From: Octopus sinensis
Taxonomy: Eukaryota
NCBI RefSeq assembly: GCF_006345805.1
Contig: NC_043005.1
Span: forward strand, 50,468,001 to 50,532,000
DNA length: 64,000 nt
Reading direction: 5' to 3'
In this document: piece by piece, positions 27,401-40,651 of the stretch
How the letters are laid out: the number at the start of each line of letters is the position of its first letter
Numbering within the stretch: position 1 is the stretch's first letter
The notes under the pieces: generated by a model
The model's input: only the letters and a program-made list of their open reading frames with translations
Told to the model about the DNA's origin: nothing
The model's database searches: none
Position numbers and translations under genes: made by a program

Positions 27401-28656
27401 TTACCATATTTTTATAAATTAATACTTCAAATACACCGTAAATGGTCTTTACATACCGAATACTGCTTGGTCGAATTTATTAACAATTAATTAATTCTAC
27501 CCCCTTTTTTGATGACAATATAATACTTTTCTCTCCAAGAATTTGAACTACAGTTTTTACCTCTGTAGAAATGTAATGCTCTATGACTCACGTGGGTGGA
27601 CAGGGAGAATAATAGATCTCATTCGTATTTTTGGATTCGCTAGTACTGGGTGTCTGGCATGGTTTGTCCGATGTTACAGATATCGGACGGGTATGTTTGA
27701 TTCTTAGTATTTTCAAATCTAAATAAGAAGAAATCTCTGAGCTGATGAAGGAAAAGTGGCGTTTTACCCACAAATCCAGAAACAGACTGTCCTCGGGTAT
27801 CGTATATGGATGTGATCTTTCATTGTTTTTCCCTTATACCTATGTGAGTTATTTTCTGAGTATGCATTGTCTGGAGACTTTTATTTGCAGTTGAAGAAAT
27901 AGCCATATTTTTGGCTGCTATTTCTGAAAAGTTCGGTGTGTGGTAAAGTGAATTTTTTACTTTACCATATTTTTATAAATTAATACTTCAAAACACCGTA
28001 AATGGTCTTTACATACCGAATACTGCTTGGTCGAATTTATTAACAATTAATTAATTCTACCCCCTTTTTTGATGACAATATAATACTTTTCTCTCCAAGA
28101 ATTTGAACTACAGTTTTTACCTCTGTAGAAATGTAATGCTCTATGACTCACGTGGGTGGACAGGAGAATAATAGATCTCATTCGTATTTTTGGATTCGCT
28201 AGTACTGGGTGTCTGGCATGGTTTGTCCGATGTTACAGATATCGGACGGGTATGTTTGATTCTTAGTATTTTCAAATCTAAATAGAAGAAATCTCTGAGC
28301 TGATGAAGGAAAAGTGGCGTTTTACCCACAAATCCAGAAACAGACTGTCCTCGGGTATCGTATATGGATGTGATCTTTCATTGTTTTTCCTTATACCTAT
28401 GTGAGTTATTTTCTGAGTATGCATTGTCTGGAGACTTTTATTTGCAGTTGAAGAAATAGCCATATTTTTGGCTGCTATTTCTGAAAAGTTCGGTGTGTGG
28501 TAAAGTGAATTTTTTACTTACCATATTTTTATAAATTAATACTATATATATATATATATATATAAATTCATCTACCAAGACGGACAGAAACCTAGGAATG
28601 CATTCATCTATACGCCTATACAACGTACGTATTTCTATACATACATATGTATCAAC

Positions 28657-28721
<65 letters not shown>

Positions 28722-29215
28722 CAGAAAGGAAGAGAGAGAAGGGGACAGAGAGTGTGAGAGAGACCTCACTCTCTCTCTCTCTCTTTGTGTCTTATGAATA
28801 TTCGTGCGTGTTCGTGTATGTAAATGGACACAGATACGTACAAATATACATATAGATAACCGCACACGCATGGAAAGTATAGATAGCCGTTATATTTAAG
28901 AAGACCGTAGTATACCCGCCATCTTCTTTTCCCCCGTCTGTATATTCATCAATATTTTGTGTGCTGTCTGAAAAGTTTGCTCTCTGAACTGGAATGTCTC
29001 CCGGATTCTCTACTCGCTAAGACACCAGTCAACAATACAAGACGTTGTCTGACATACTCACTTACCTTTAACTCTCTCTCTCTCCATTTCTTTCTCTTTC
29101 CCCGTTCTTCTCCGTACTTAGTTCTTTTGTTCATATACTATATCATCCACGTACACATACATTCACGCAACCACAAATATGTATGTATGTACGTATGTAT
29201 GTATCTATGTGTGCA

Positions 29216-29260
29216 TATCCATCCATCCATCCATCCATCCATCCATCCATCCATCCATCA

Positions 29261-29344
<84 letters not shown>

Positions 29345-29345
29345 C

Positions 29346-29402
<57 letters not shown>

Positions 29403-29417
29403 TTATCAATCTCTTTC

Positions 29418-29482
<65 letters not shown>

Positions 29483-29514
29483 ATATCTATCTATCTATCT
29501 ATCTAACTATCTAT
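29216..29514. repeat. (TCCA)n/(TCTA)n microsatellite
   Basis: Seen directly. Confidence 0.95.
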
Positions 29515-29846
29515 GTGTCTCTGTCTTTCTGACTGCCTATCTGCCTGTCTCTCTATATATGCGTGTAGACATGCGTGTTTGTGGGGCAGCGGGTACATCT
29601 GTGTGCGTGTGTGTGTGTTTGTGTGTGTAACTAGACGCCAAAGAGATTGATGTTGGTCTGCATCGGCAAGTTCTGTGTTATTTAGTAAAATCAATAAAGA
29701 AGATTATAGTGAACTTACCGCGAGAAGTGGACAATACAACGTTTCGGACTGTAATCCTACTTCAAATTTTCCCCGAAGAAGATCACTGTCCGAAACACTG
29801 TATTTTCCACTCCTCACAGCAAGTTCACTGTAATCTTTTTCGATTT

Positions 29847-29893
<47 letters not shown>

Positions 29894-29928
29894 TATATAT
29901 GTATATACACACACATATATGTGTATGC

Positions 29929-29981
<53 letters not shown>

Positions 29982-31324
29982 TATAGATATATGTATGTGT
30001 GTAGGTGTATATATATATATATATATATTGAATTTTGATTGAACTTTGTCCTATCACTTAATAATCCTGACACTTTCGCAGCAAACGACTCTAGTCAAAC
30101 AAGAAACTGTGTGTGTCAGAGATCGACGTATGCATGCTGAGGTAAAACCACGTGCGTTTAAACTGTGGAATTTGTTGCATTGTATATGATGATTTTCTTT
30201 TCGGACTTCTTTCTTTTTATGCTATGATTAAAATAATGCCAGGAGCAAATATATCCCTCTCCGGTCTCTGCGTTTATGCGAGGCAAAGTTAGCTATCGCA
30301 GGGAAATTTTTACAACTACCAACAGAATGTGCTATGGATGCCTATCATTTGTTACGCAATGATTGGCTATCAGGTATCGTTTTACAATGAAATGTCATCC
30401 TTCAAAATCATCAAATTCATCAAATTCATCAATTGCTCAAACGATTTCACTAACCTACTTTGGAAATTACTCTCACTTTCATACGCAACTTTTTGTATTA
30501 CAAAAAAAATTCTTAGGCCATTTCTTCACCCGACTGTATCAGCGCACCCCAAACATTTCGAATGGCGAATTCAAAAACAGCAAATACTTCAAGATATACC
30601 TCTTTGAGAAACATCCATTGCTGCAGACCAGTGCTACCGCAAACGACAAACATATAACTTACATATACCCACACTTGCATATAAAACGCGTCATATACAC
30701 AGATGTACGTTATCTTTCAGTCACCACAACCATCAGCATCATAACATCATGCCACACATATGAAACACATCGACACTACTCAAACATACACATTCTTACT
30801 AGCACAAAAAGTTAATCACTACACCATACACACTACCTTACAAACAGATTTGACACATCATTGTTACCGTCGAACTTACTGTTGTAATTAACATCATCAC
30901 TACCACCAATACCACCAACACTTAATCTTTACTTACACTACGCCAGTACCCTCATCATATTCGCAGCTACCGCATTCACCGTCACTGTCAACACCAACAT
31001 ATCACTGTATATACACATACCATCAACAACACCACAACCACCAAAGTAAAAAAACAAAATCAATACCACTTACAACTATTGATGAGTCATTGTTAAGACA
31101 ATGAAATGAAAAAGATAGAAATCTATCATCAATGCATAATTAAATAGATAATTAAATAAATAAGTAAATAAATATATAATTAAAGACTCATGCCGCTACC
31201 CACAAAGTCATAATGACATATGATCACAAAGCGAAATGCTTCGAAATTCGGTTGGTGGTCATGTGATTTTACGGATATCAAAGTGAGTGGAGATATATAG
31301 GCAAGGTATATTATAATAATAATG

Positions 31325-31361
<37 letters not shown>

Positions 31362-31529
31362 TGATGATGATGATGATGATGATCATGATAATAATAATAA
31401 TAATAATAAAATGATTACTTTATTAACCACAGGGGTTTACATTAAGAAGACATTATGGACAGTAGAAACCACTATCATCAAACAAACAAAACAGACCAAG
31501 CAAACTTCAAATAAATAAATAAATAAGAG

Positions 31530-32150
31530 AATGGGTAGAAACAAATTGTGGAGCGGTGGAGCCAGAAGCCTCTGCATAGATAGTATATACTTCGAAGTTG
31601 AAAAGCTGATGTAGATCGAGCAACAGTGGCTGAGAAGCTCAGGACTGAAAGCAGAAAGTGAGGGTTTCATATTAGCGGCACAAGATCAAAGCCTGCTTAC
31701 CAAAAAATTACCAGACTAACGTTCTTCGGTTTTGACCCTGAATGCAGATTCTGCGACACATATGACGAAACAATAGACCATCTTATCTCGGGATGTCCTG
31801 TGCTGACATCAAATGATACAGTAGGACAGTATTTACATTGGGAAATATGTAAACAATACAACAGCAACAATCTTGCTTACTGGCATGAACATCATACTGA
31901 GCGAGTCGTTGAAGGTAAAACTCTCACCATCCTCTGGGATTTTCAAGTCCACATCAACAGAAAGATCTAGGCTAATCGACCAGACATAGTCATTAAAGAA
32001 CGGGGAGAAAATACTTGTAGACTAATAGATTTAAGTGTTCCCACTGATATCTGCAAAGGAATTTGACAATATTTTATCCTTCACTCGCCCTAGGACGCTA
32101 CCTGTGTCTCGGCAAGTGATCGTAACAACATGCACATTAAAAGTAACTAA
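31530..32150 (+). mobile_element. R4/Dong-like RLE non-LTR retrotransposon fragment (degenerate)
   Basis: Reads QWLRSSGLKAESEGFILAAQDQSL, CRFCDTYDETIDHLISGCP (CCHC knuckle) and ILWDFQV...NRPDIVIK...LIDLSVP (PD..D restriction-like endonuclease). Ends in (TAA)n. Confidence 0.85.
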
Positions 32151-32221
32151 TAATAATAATAATAATAATAATAATAGTAATAATAATACGGTTTAAAAAA
32201 AAAAAAAAAATTTTTTTTTTT

Positions 32222-32372
32222 TTAGACATTCATTAGTACAACATCCCCAACCCCCAAATATATGGCACACTAGGCATAACAACAACATGAACTTCCAACC
32301 CTGTTGTCTCTTGAGGTCTCTGGGTGAGACTTGGAGCCAACTTGTACAAATATAAAGCAAAAGTCAAACATA

Positions 32373-32375
<3 letters not shown>
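32222..32375 (+). mobile_element. 3' UTR fragment of the same Dong-like family
   Basis: TTGTCTCTTGAGGTCTCTGGGTGAGACTTGGAGCCAAC..TGTACAAATA is near-identical to 33862-33910 and is followed by (TAA)n. Confidence 0.75.
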
Positions 32376-32418
<43 letters not shown>

Positions 32419-32419
32419 T

Positions 32420-33929
32420 ACAAGAAAAAAACCCTCAATAGCAACTACCTAAAGAGAGTTAATAATGCCGATGCTGACAAAGCCCTTACCCTTCAATGGT
32501 TAGCGTCTTCTGGCTTAAAGTCAGAGACAGAAGGGTTTGTCAAGGCAGTTCAAGATCAATGCCTACCTACAAGAAACTACCAGTCCAACATCTCGAAGAA
32601 CAACAGTAGCCCAACATGTGTGTGTAAATAACAAGCTGAAACTATTGATTATATTGTCTCTTTCTGCAGCCATTTTGCGCCCACAAAGTCTCTCAACAGG
32701 CATGATAGAACGGAACAGTATATTCACTGAGTAATTTGCAAGGACCTGTTACCTGCCCCATGATAAAAACTGGTGGGAACACAAACCACCTTCAGTCCTT
32801 GAAATAGATCATATCTTATTCCTCTGGAACTTTACTGTTCTAACTGACAGGAATATAGATGCAAATAAGCCAGATATGATATTGAAGGATTTCAGACAAG
32901 AATCATGCTTCCTCATCGATTTGATTGCCCCAGTCGACATAAATGCATCTGTCTAGACGTACCAAAAACTGAGCAAATATAAAGAACTTGAAGTAGAAAT
33001 TGACAAAATGTGGAACCTCAAGACTAAAACAATACCTCTTGTAATAGGTACCCTAGGAATAATAGCAAAAGGGGTCGATTGCTACCTCTATCACATGCCA
33101 GGAAATCCAAAAACGGAAGAAATTTAAAAAATAGTGCTCATTGGAACTGATCATATCCTACGTAAAGTACTGTCTATGTAATCTCAAAATTATTTTAATT
33201 TGTAAATAGTGTTAAAATACTTTTAAATGTACGTAATAGCAAACACCTACTGTTATCTTAACATCACACTATCATCTTATCATCGAATTTCTTTTAAAAC
33301 AAACTTCTAATTTTCTTATGTTTTGACACATTGTCTAGAGCATGGATGGACAATTTTAGGCCTGCGGGCCGCATACGGCTCTCGACAAGTTTCTATGTTA
33401 CTAACTTGTAGCACAACCTTAGAGAAGCGACATCTCAAATACTACCTAATACTGAAAATATAAAGAATGTGAATGTGCAAAAATCACATTGATACAGATA
33501 ATGAAATTTGTTCTTTAATAAAATATCAATGAATTTTCTTTTTTGGTTTGACGTCAGTATTTTAAACTATAATTTATTTACACTGGAAATAATCATTATT
33601 GTCATAAGCAAATAACGAAAGAGATACCGGCTTAATGTAAACTCTCATACTAAGACAAATAATATTAAGAAGTGCAAAAAATTCAGTATAAAACGGGCAA
33701 GTAATATTTCATGTGTTTTATCATGCGGGTCTCTCCCTCTTGGAAATGGTACGATGCGGCCCCCAGTTGAAGAAAGGTTACCCATCCCTGATCTAGAACA
33801 ATACTCTGTGCAAATCGAAAAATATGGTACCCGAGTGATAATACCAAATTGAACTTTTAACTTGTCTCTTGAGGTCTTTGGGTGAGACTTGGAGTCAACA
33901 TGTACAAATACAAAACGAAAGCCAAACAA

Positions 33930-33930
<1 letters not shown>
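32420..33930 (+). mobile_element. R4/Dong-like RLE non-LTR retrotransposon, 5'-truncated, flanked by (TAA)n, interrupted by a hAT MITE
   Basis: [48 protein letters not shown]...LIDLIAP...KLSKYKELEVEI...PLVIGTLG...HILRKVLSM*. The 3' UTR motif GAGGTCTTTGGGTGAGACTTGGAG is shared with 32312-32335. Confidence 0.88.
33341..33790. mobile_element. hAT (Charlie-type) MITE, 450 bp
   Basis: Ends CATGGATGGACAA / TTACCCATCCCTG, subterminal GCGGGCCGCA/TGCGGCCC motifs, and 8-bp target duplication GTCTAGAG (33333-33340) / ATCTAGAA (33791-33798) fitting the Charlie NTCTAGAN preference. Confidence 0.82.
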
Positions 33931-33999
<69 letters not shown>

Positions 34000-34004
<5 letters not shown>

Positions 34005-34218
34005 GGTACATCATACGTATTGAGAAGAGCATTGTCGATGTGAGAACTATTACTACCCATGTATTTTAATTTAACTAAAAAAAAAATTTTTTTTAAATGA
34101 ACGAACTATTGAGTTTAGTTTAATGGCCTACCAATGTATACTATGAGTTTCTTTGCCCTAGGAGTCGGGAAGACACTCGGCAAGAAATGGAAACAAATTT
34201 GAAAGAAGAAAAAAAATG

Positions 34219-34220
<2 letters not shown>
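34000..34220 (+). mobile_element. 3' end of another Dong/R4-like family between (TAA)n tracts
   Basis: TGTSYVLRRALSM* parallels IGTDHILRKVLSM* of the upstream copy. GCCCTAGGA...CTCGGCAAG is shared with 32086-32116. Confidence 0.65.
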
Positions 34221-34257
<37 letters not shown>

Positions 34258-34277
34258 TAATAATAATAATAATAATT

Positions 34278-35172
34278 AATTCGTGTATTGGCCACAAGGG
34301 GTTACATAAAATTGCATTAAAATATACAACATAAAAGACAAAAACAGGACGATACAATGGGTTTTACAATGTGTAAACAATAGAATAATAATTAAAATTA
34401 AACAATTTAAAACTCCCAATAGGGAAGGCGCATTAAGGACCTCGGGAAAAAAACCCCAAAAAGTCACGGGTGCCTGAACAACAGGGCAAGAGTCCTTCTC
34501 ATTTTGTTTACAGGTAAACACTCAGAATTGGTCACTTCACACTGGTCATTCTTCTAACATTCACCCACTTTTCAACAAACTTGCTAGAAGACAACAATTC
34601 CCTCTCCACCTTCGACTTCCTTTTCAAGTGAAACTTGAAAAAGTTGATGAGGGCTTGGCCAAAGAGGAAAGTGCCTGTCTTTATCAGTTTCAAAAGGGTC
34701 CACCATACTACCTCTTTCGCTACAGCCACTAGACAAATAGAAATTGCCTTCCCCTCCCGGCCAAAAAAGGGCGGCGGTGGAATCCTCACAATGGATTCAG
34801 CTGATAGCCGGATTCGTCCTACACACGACAGCAGGTATTCGACATAAACCCACAGACCAGCAATACTCGGGCACTGGACATGGGCGTGCAGAACGGTTTC
34901 GTCGTTCTGGGTGCACCTCGGGCAGGCCCGGCTGACGGCACTTCCGTGCCTGTAAAGTTTATCTCGAAAAGGCAGCGCCCCTCGGTAACACTACCAGGCA
35001 AGGGATTTCTGGAAGTTGTCCATAGGCCCATGCCCGAAAGTTCTCTGTAACAGACCGGTTAGTTGATCTTCATCGACGCCCACAGTTTTCCCGAGAACAT
35101 CGTCGCACTTTCCCTCCACGAGCCCTCCATAGAACGCCACAGTAAAACTACCACCGACCGCATTGCCCGCCT
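34278..35172 (-). mobile_element. Tx1/L1-like LINE 3' fragment
   Basis: Minus strand RDKLYRHGSAVSRACPRCTQNDETVLHAHVQC (CCHC knuckle), then ...AVAKEVVWW...FKFHLKRKSKVERELLSSSKFVEKW. The 3' UTR ends CCCCTTGTGGCCAATACACGAA plus (ATT)n. Confidence 0.78.
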
Positions 35173-35173
35173 A

Positions 35174-35221
<48 letters not shown>

Positions 35222-36277
35222 AATACATAAATTGGTAAAGGTGTCGCTGTGCGGGAAGAAGTTTGCTTTCCAACCATATCGCTCCCGGGTTCTGTCCCAC
35301 TGCATGGCATTTATCCAAATGTCTTGTACTAAAACCGACCATATGTATGCGTGTGTATTTAAATACAGCATATGTATGTATATAAAAACGCTTGAATATA
35401 TATATATCTATATATATCTATGAGTGTGTGTCTTTGTGTCTGTGCTTGTCCTCCATCACTGCTTGACAACCGATGTTAGTTTATCTACGCCCCCATAACT
35501 TAGCGGTTCAACAAAATAGCCCGTTGGCTTTAAAAGACAGTACCAGGCTTTAAAAAACAAAGTAGTAGGGTCAATTCGCTCGACTAAAAAAAACTCTTTA
35601 AGGTGGTCCCCCAGCATAGCCGCAGTCTAAGGACAGATATATATAAATGATTAAATATTTATCTGTCCGAGCTTGTTAACACTATAAATAGGAGTAAGCT
35701 AACGACATCGAATTTTTTTTTATGAGCAGGATATGGGTGCTTTTAATGAGGAAAGTCTAAAAAGGCAAGTAACGACTCATATTGATCCTTTCCTCTGTCT
35801 AGAGAGACATAAACCTGTCATGTAACCAATTTTGTTTATTTTTCATTGCGAGACTAAATTGGATTTTTAGTGAAACGGTAGGTATGCCTCACACTTCATA
35901 ACATTTATACACACACTCATGCACACACACACACACAACACACACAAACATACACATACACCTAAGCGTGTGTGCATGTATGTATGTATACGTATGTATG
36001 TATATATGAATGTGTATATATATATATATGTATATACATAGTATATATGAACATGCAAACCGATTTAACCCCTTTCATCATCTCTTGGTGTACCTCTTTT
36101 AGACATAATTACATACATACGTGTTTGTGTGTGTGTGTGTATGTATGTATATATATATACGTATATATATATATATATGTTTGTGTATGGATGTGCGTGG
36201 TTGCGTGTGTATGGGCGAGTGTGTGTGTATGGGCGAGCGTGTGTATGTGCAAGTGTGCCCGTGTGTAACCGTGCGTT

Positions 36278-36308
<31 letters not shown>

Positions 36309-37701
36309 CATAAAACAAGAAAACAGAAGTGAATAAAAATATAATTCGAGATATTTATATACATTATAATCTATCTGTAGATGGTCATCTTGTGATGACC
36401 CTTTTTCTTGCTGATAGTGTTTTTGCTGTTATTGTCGTTGTTTTTTAGCAATCTATTTGCATTTGCTATGACGTTGAATTTAATCGGATGTCACCAATCT
36501 ACGGTTCATAGGTCAAATCCAGCTCGCAACTCCATTTCTGTTGGTTCGCCTACATTATGTTCTCTCCCTGTTCTTTTTCAGTTAAAATGTGTTGTTGCTA
36601 TTCATAATTGTTGTTGGTTAACCCCCAAGTCGACCCTGAACTAGTAAATCTGTGGTCAAAGGTATTCAAACCTTGACTATACCGTCTTGTTTTCGTGACC
36701 GTTAAGAAACTTGCTTCCCAATCCTTGGCCTCAGATTCAGTGCCACTCTGCGACATCTTGGGTAAACGCCTTCTACATGTACTGTACATTTAGTTGATCC
36801 AAGGCCTTGTGGGTAGATGTGGAAGAAGGAAACTGAAAGAAACCCGTCGTGCATACGTATAACCACTCAAAAGATGTCATCCAAGTGTAGCGCCTCTTGA
36901 TTTATTGTCTTCTTTACGAGAATCTCCGCGAATTCAACGAGACTTAGTGTTTTTTATCCAAAATGGAGACGAACATCATTCCTCCATGTGATCAGCTTGA
37001 AAAATTGTTGAGATATTAAGATATTTTCCTATTTTTCTTAACGTGAAGCCAATAGTAGCCTTAATACACGAATAAAGAACACATATTTGCATCGTTCGAC
37101 ATTTATATATGTCTAACGACGTCTACTGATTGAATCAAATAAAAATATACTTTACCATAGAATTGTGTTCTAATATTGTCCTGGTAGTAGCGGGAGTTAT
37201 TGGGGGGGGGGAGATTTACATGTTTTTTCTAGCAGAGTGAATACCACAGAGTCTATTCAATTTGACTAGCTATATTCTATGACCCTGTTGTGAAGCCCTC
37301 GTTCAAACTGAGGCATGATAAAAATTTTCCAACCCGTCTGATTTTAACCCCTTAACTGCGAAATTAGAATACATGGTTATTTCAGTATCGATGTTTAATA
37401 GCTACCAAAAAATAGAATTGGTATTTTCTATAAGTCACGTTGCCCCAATAAACTTGAAAAAATATCCTGAAAAAAGAAAAATCGATAAAATCTGATCCAG
37501 CAGACACTATAAACAACGGCATTCCGAGCATGACCCTCTCACCTTAAAAAAGTCGTTTTTTTTTTCTGTCAGTCCGATGATCTTGCAGAAGCTTAATTAT
37601 TATTGCTCTGTGTGTAAGTAGTAGTAGCAGTAGTAGTAGTAGTAGTAGCAGCAGCAGCAGTAGTAGTAGTAGTGGTGGTAGTGGTGGTAGTGGTGGTGGT
37701 G

Positions 37702-37742
<41 letters not shown>

Positions 37743-38464
37743 TCCTGCTGTTGTTCTTACTGTTCCTGCTACAACTGATGTTGTTATTGGCGTTCTTGTT
37801 CATGATGTCATTGATGATGTTAACGCTAACGACATCGAGGTCGTTACATACACAACTTCAATATTTCGTCTTGTTTAATGTTGATTATATTGCTGTAGTT
37901 GTTGTTGTTATTCATGTTGAACTTTTTGATGCTATTACTGATGTTATTGGTGTTGTTACCCTTTCATTGTCGATACATTGCCGTTTTTGTTGTCGGCGTT
38001 GTTATACTTAATTATCGTATTTTGTAATGTATTTAGGACAGGACTTCATATTGGTTTGGTGTTGGGTTTTTCCAGAAATTTATTTTTACTCTTTCTTAAT
38101 ATAAAATTCACGTTGTTGTTGTTGTTGCTGTTGCTGCTGTTGATGCTGTTATACTATTGCCAGTGTTCTTGTAATTGTTGTTGTTTTTGTTGTTGTAGTT
38201 ATTGTATTTTTTTTCCACTTTGTTCTGCTTTGTTCTTTTATAAATTGTATTTAAATTGTAGTTTAATGTCCGCCCATTGACGTAAAACGATTTTCATTGT
38301 TTCCTTCTAGAATTTCAAATATAATCGAAAAACGTTTTCTACCAAGTGAATTGCATCTGACATACATAGGGTTACACACACACACACACATACACACACG
38401 CACACATATACACACTCACACACACACACACACTCTCACACACACACACGTATATATATATATG

Positions 38465-38496
<32 letters not shown>

Positions 38497-38682
38497 ATAT
38501 AATATATATATATATATTATATATATATACATACATTATAAATATACATACATATATATACCTACAGAAACCTACACATACAGATGTGCATATACATTTA
38601 TATATGTGTGTGTGTGTGTGCGTGCGTGTGTTGTTTCTATGCGAATACCCACATACCCACACACATATATATGTATGTGTAC

Positions 38683-38713
<31 letters not shown>

Positions 38714-38753
38714 CACATAGATATATATGTAAATATATAAAATGTATGCGTGT

Positions 38754-38787
<34 letters not shown>

Positions 38788-39799
38788 AATGCACAGACTC
38801 ACAGATGTATATGCATATTATATGTATGTATTTTTATGTCCACGTATGTGTATGTAGATCTGTGCATATATACGTACACATACGTTTCCTATGCAGAGCA
38901 AAACTGCGGTATGACCTTTTTGTTTCATCGTACAACCAAGCGAAATCGTATGGTTATTGATAAGAGATATACCGTACTTCACTAAGTACACACCCACAAG
39001 AACTGCACTATTAATCAATTTGTTAATTATTTAATTTATCTTCGTAGCTAATGCAGGCACATATCACGCAATTTTCACAGACTGGTGTTGTTCTCTCAGA
39101 ATTTGTATACGTTCTTCATTGAAAATAGCTATATTGTTGCTTGTTCCTTCTCGAGTCATTCCTGGCTCATAAGGGCCGGTTTCCTGGTCTCATTGCCGTG
39201 TAGGTTCCCCACCTAGACAGGGCGCCGGTCCATCACAGGACAACAGCCATGAGTTAATAATTTATAGCTGAGTATTCTGACCGCTGTAAGGGTCCAAGGC
39301 AAAATGAATGCCGCTTTTTTTTTTCTGGTAGAAGCACACAAAAGAAAAAAAAAGAGATAAAAAACGTGTGGTGTAACCACCTTGCTTAGGTTTTAGAGAA
39401 AAGCTAAGTCCTACATTTATTGAAAAGGTATACCTTACGTTTTGTATATATACATGTTATGTATACAAGTATAAATAAACAGATACATAATATATATATG
39501 TATATATATATATACATATTTATATATATATATATATATATATCTATATATATAGATAGATAGATATACACACAATTATATTATTATGTACACAAATATA
39601 TATATATATATATATATAGATATACACACGAATATATAGATATATATATATATATATATATATATGTGCACAAATATATATATATATATATATATTATAG
39701 ATATTATATACAACACACAAATATATATGCGTGTGTGTATATATGTGAATATACACGTAAAAATATATATGCATACGCATATATACATGTATATGTATG

Positions 39800-39845
<46 letters not shown>

Positions 39846-40097
39846 ATATATATATATATATATATTATATACACACGAAACGTATATATATGTATGCATG
39901 TATGTATGTATGAATGGCTGGTTGGATGACTGTACACATACAGTCACACCCTTTAGAAATGCTTGACAAAGAATGTCCGGGAGCAAAACAGACTGTACAT
40001 TTGTCGCATTAAATTTAAGAGTATTTATTCGGCTTCTATAGCGCGGAGATTTTTGTTGCTTTTTCTTTCGCTATGCTGGTTAATGAACGAATAGATT

Positions 40098-40145
<48 letters not shown>

Positions 40146-40579
40146 TTTTTTCTTTCTTATTTTCTTTCTTTCTTTGTTTTTTCTTCCTTCCTTCCTTTCT
40201 TTCTTTCGTTCGTTCTTTCTTTCTTTCGTTCTTTCTTTGTTTCTTTGTTTCTTTTTTTCTTTCTTTCTCTCTCTCTCTCTCTCTCTCTCTCCAGCTGTCC
40301 GGTTTTGCTGTCCGTTTCTATTTAACGATGTGTGCGTATGTGAGTGTGTGTGTGTGTGAGCGTATGTGTGTGTGTGTGTTTTTGCGTGTGTGTATGAGTG
40401 TGTACTACGTATCAAGATTCGAGTGAATATGTGAAGAATTCTGAGTGTGTCCGCATACACATTTGTATGTTTAGGTGTACACACACACATATATATGCAC
40501 ACACATATACACACACTCAGAGACATACACGCACACGCACACACACGCATACGCACACACGCACACAAACACATATATG

Positions 40580-40651
<72 letters not shown>

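Larger units (their letters stand above)
23002..28542. mobile_element. Tandem and inverted array of ~561-bp hammerhead-containing units (candidate non-LTR retrozyme / PLE-dependent element) inserted in (TA)n
   Basis: Unit start ATACGATACCCGAGGACAG recurs at ~23001, 23562 and 24123. Orientation flips at 24276-24290 and reverse-complement units run to 28542. The same short ORF recurs at ~560-bp period in the ORF track. Both ends abut (TA)n. Each unit has CTGATGA...GAAACAGACTGTC. Confidence 0.85.

Noticed and set aside
23002-28542. CRISPR array or tandem protein-coding gene cluster (repeated 61-aa ORF MWVKRHFSF...)
   Set aside because: Units are fully identical with no unique spacers. The ORF starts at a non-ATG codon, lies antisense to the ribozyme and has no recognisable domain.
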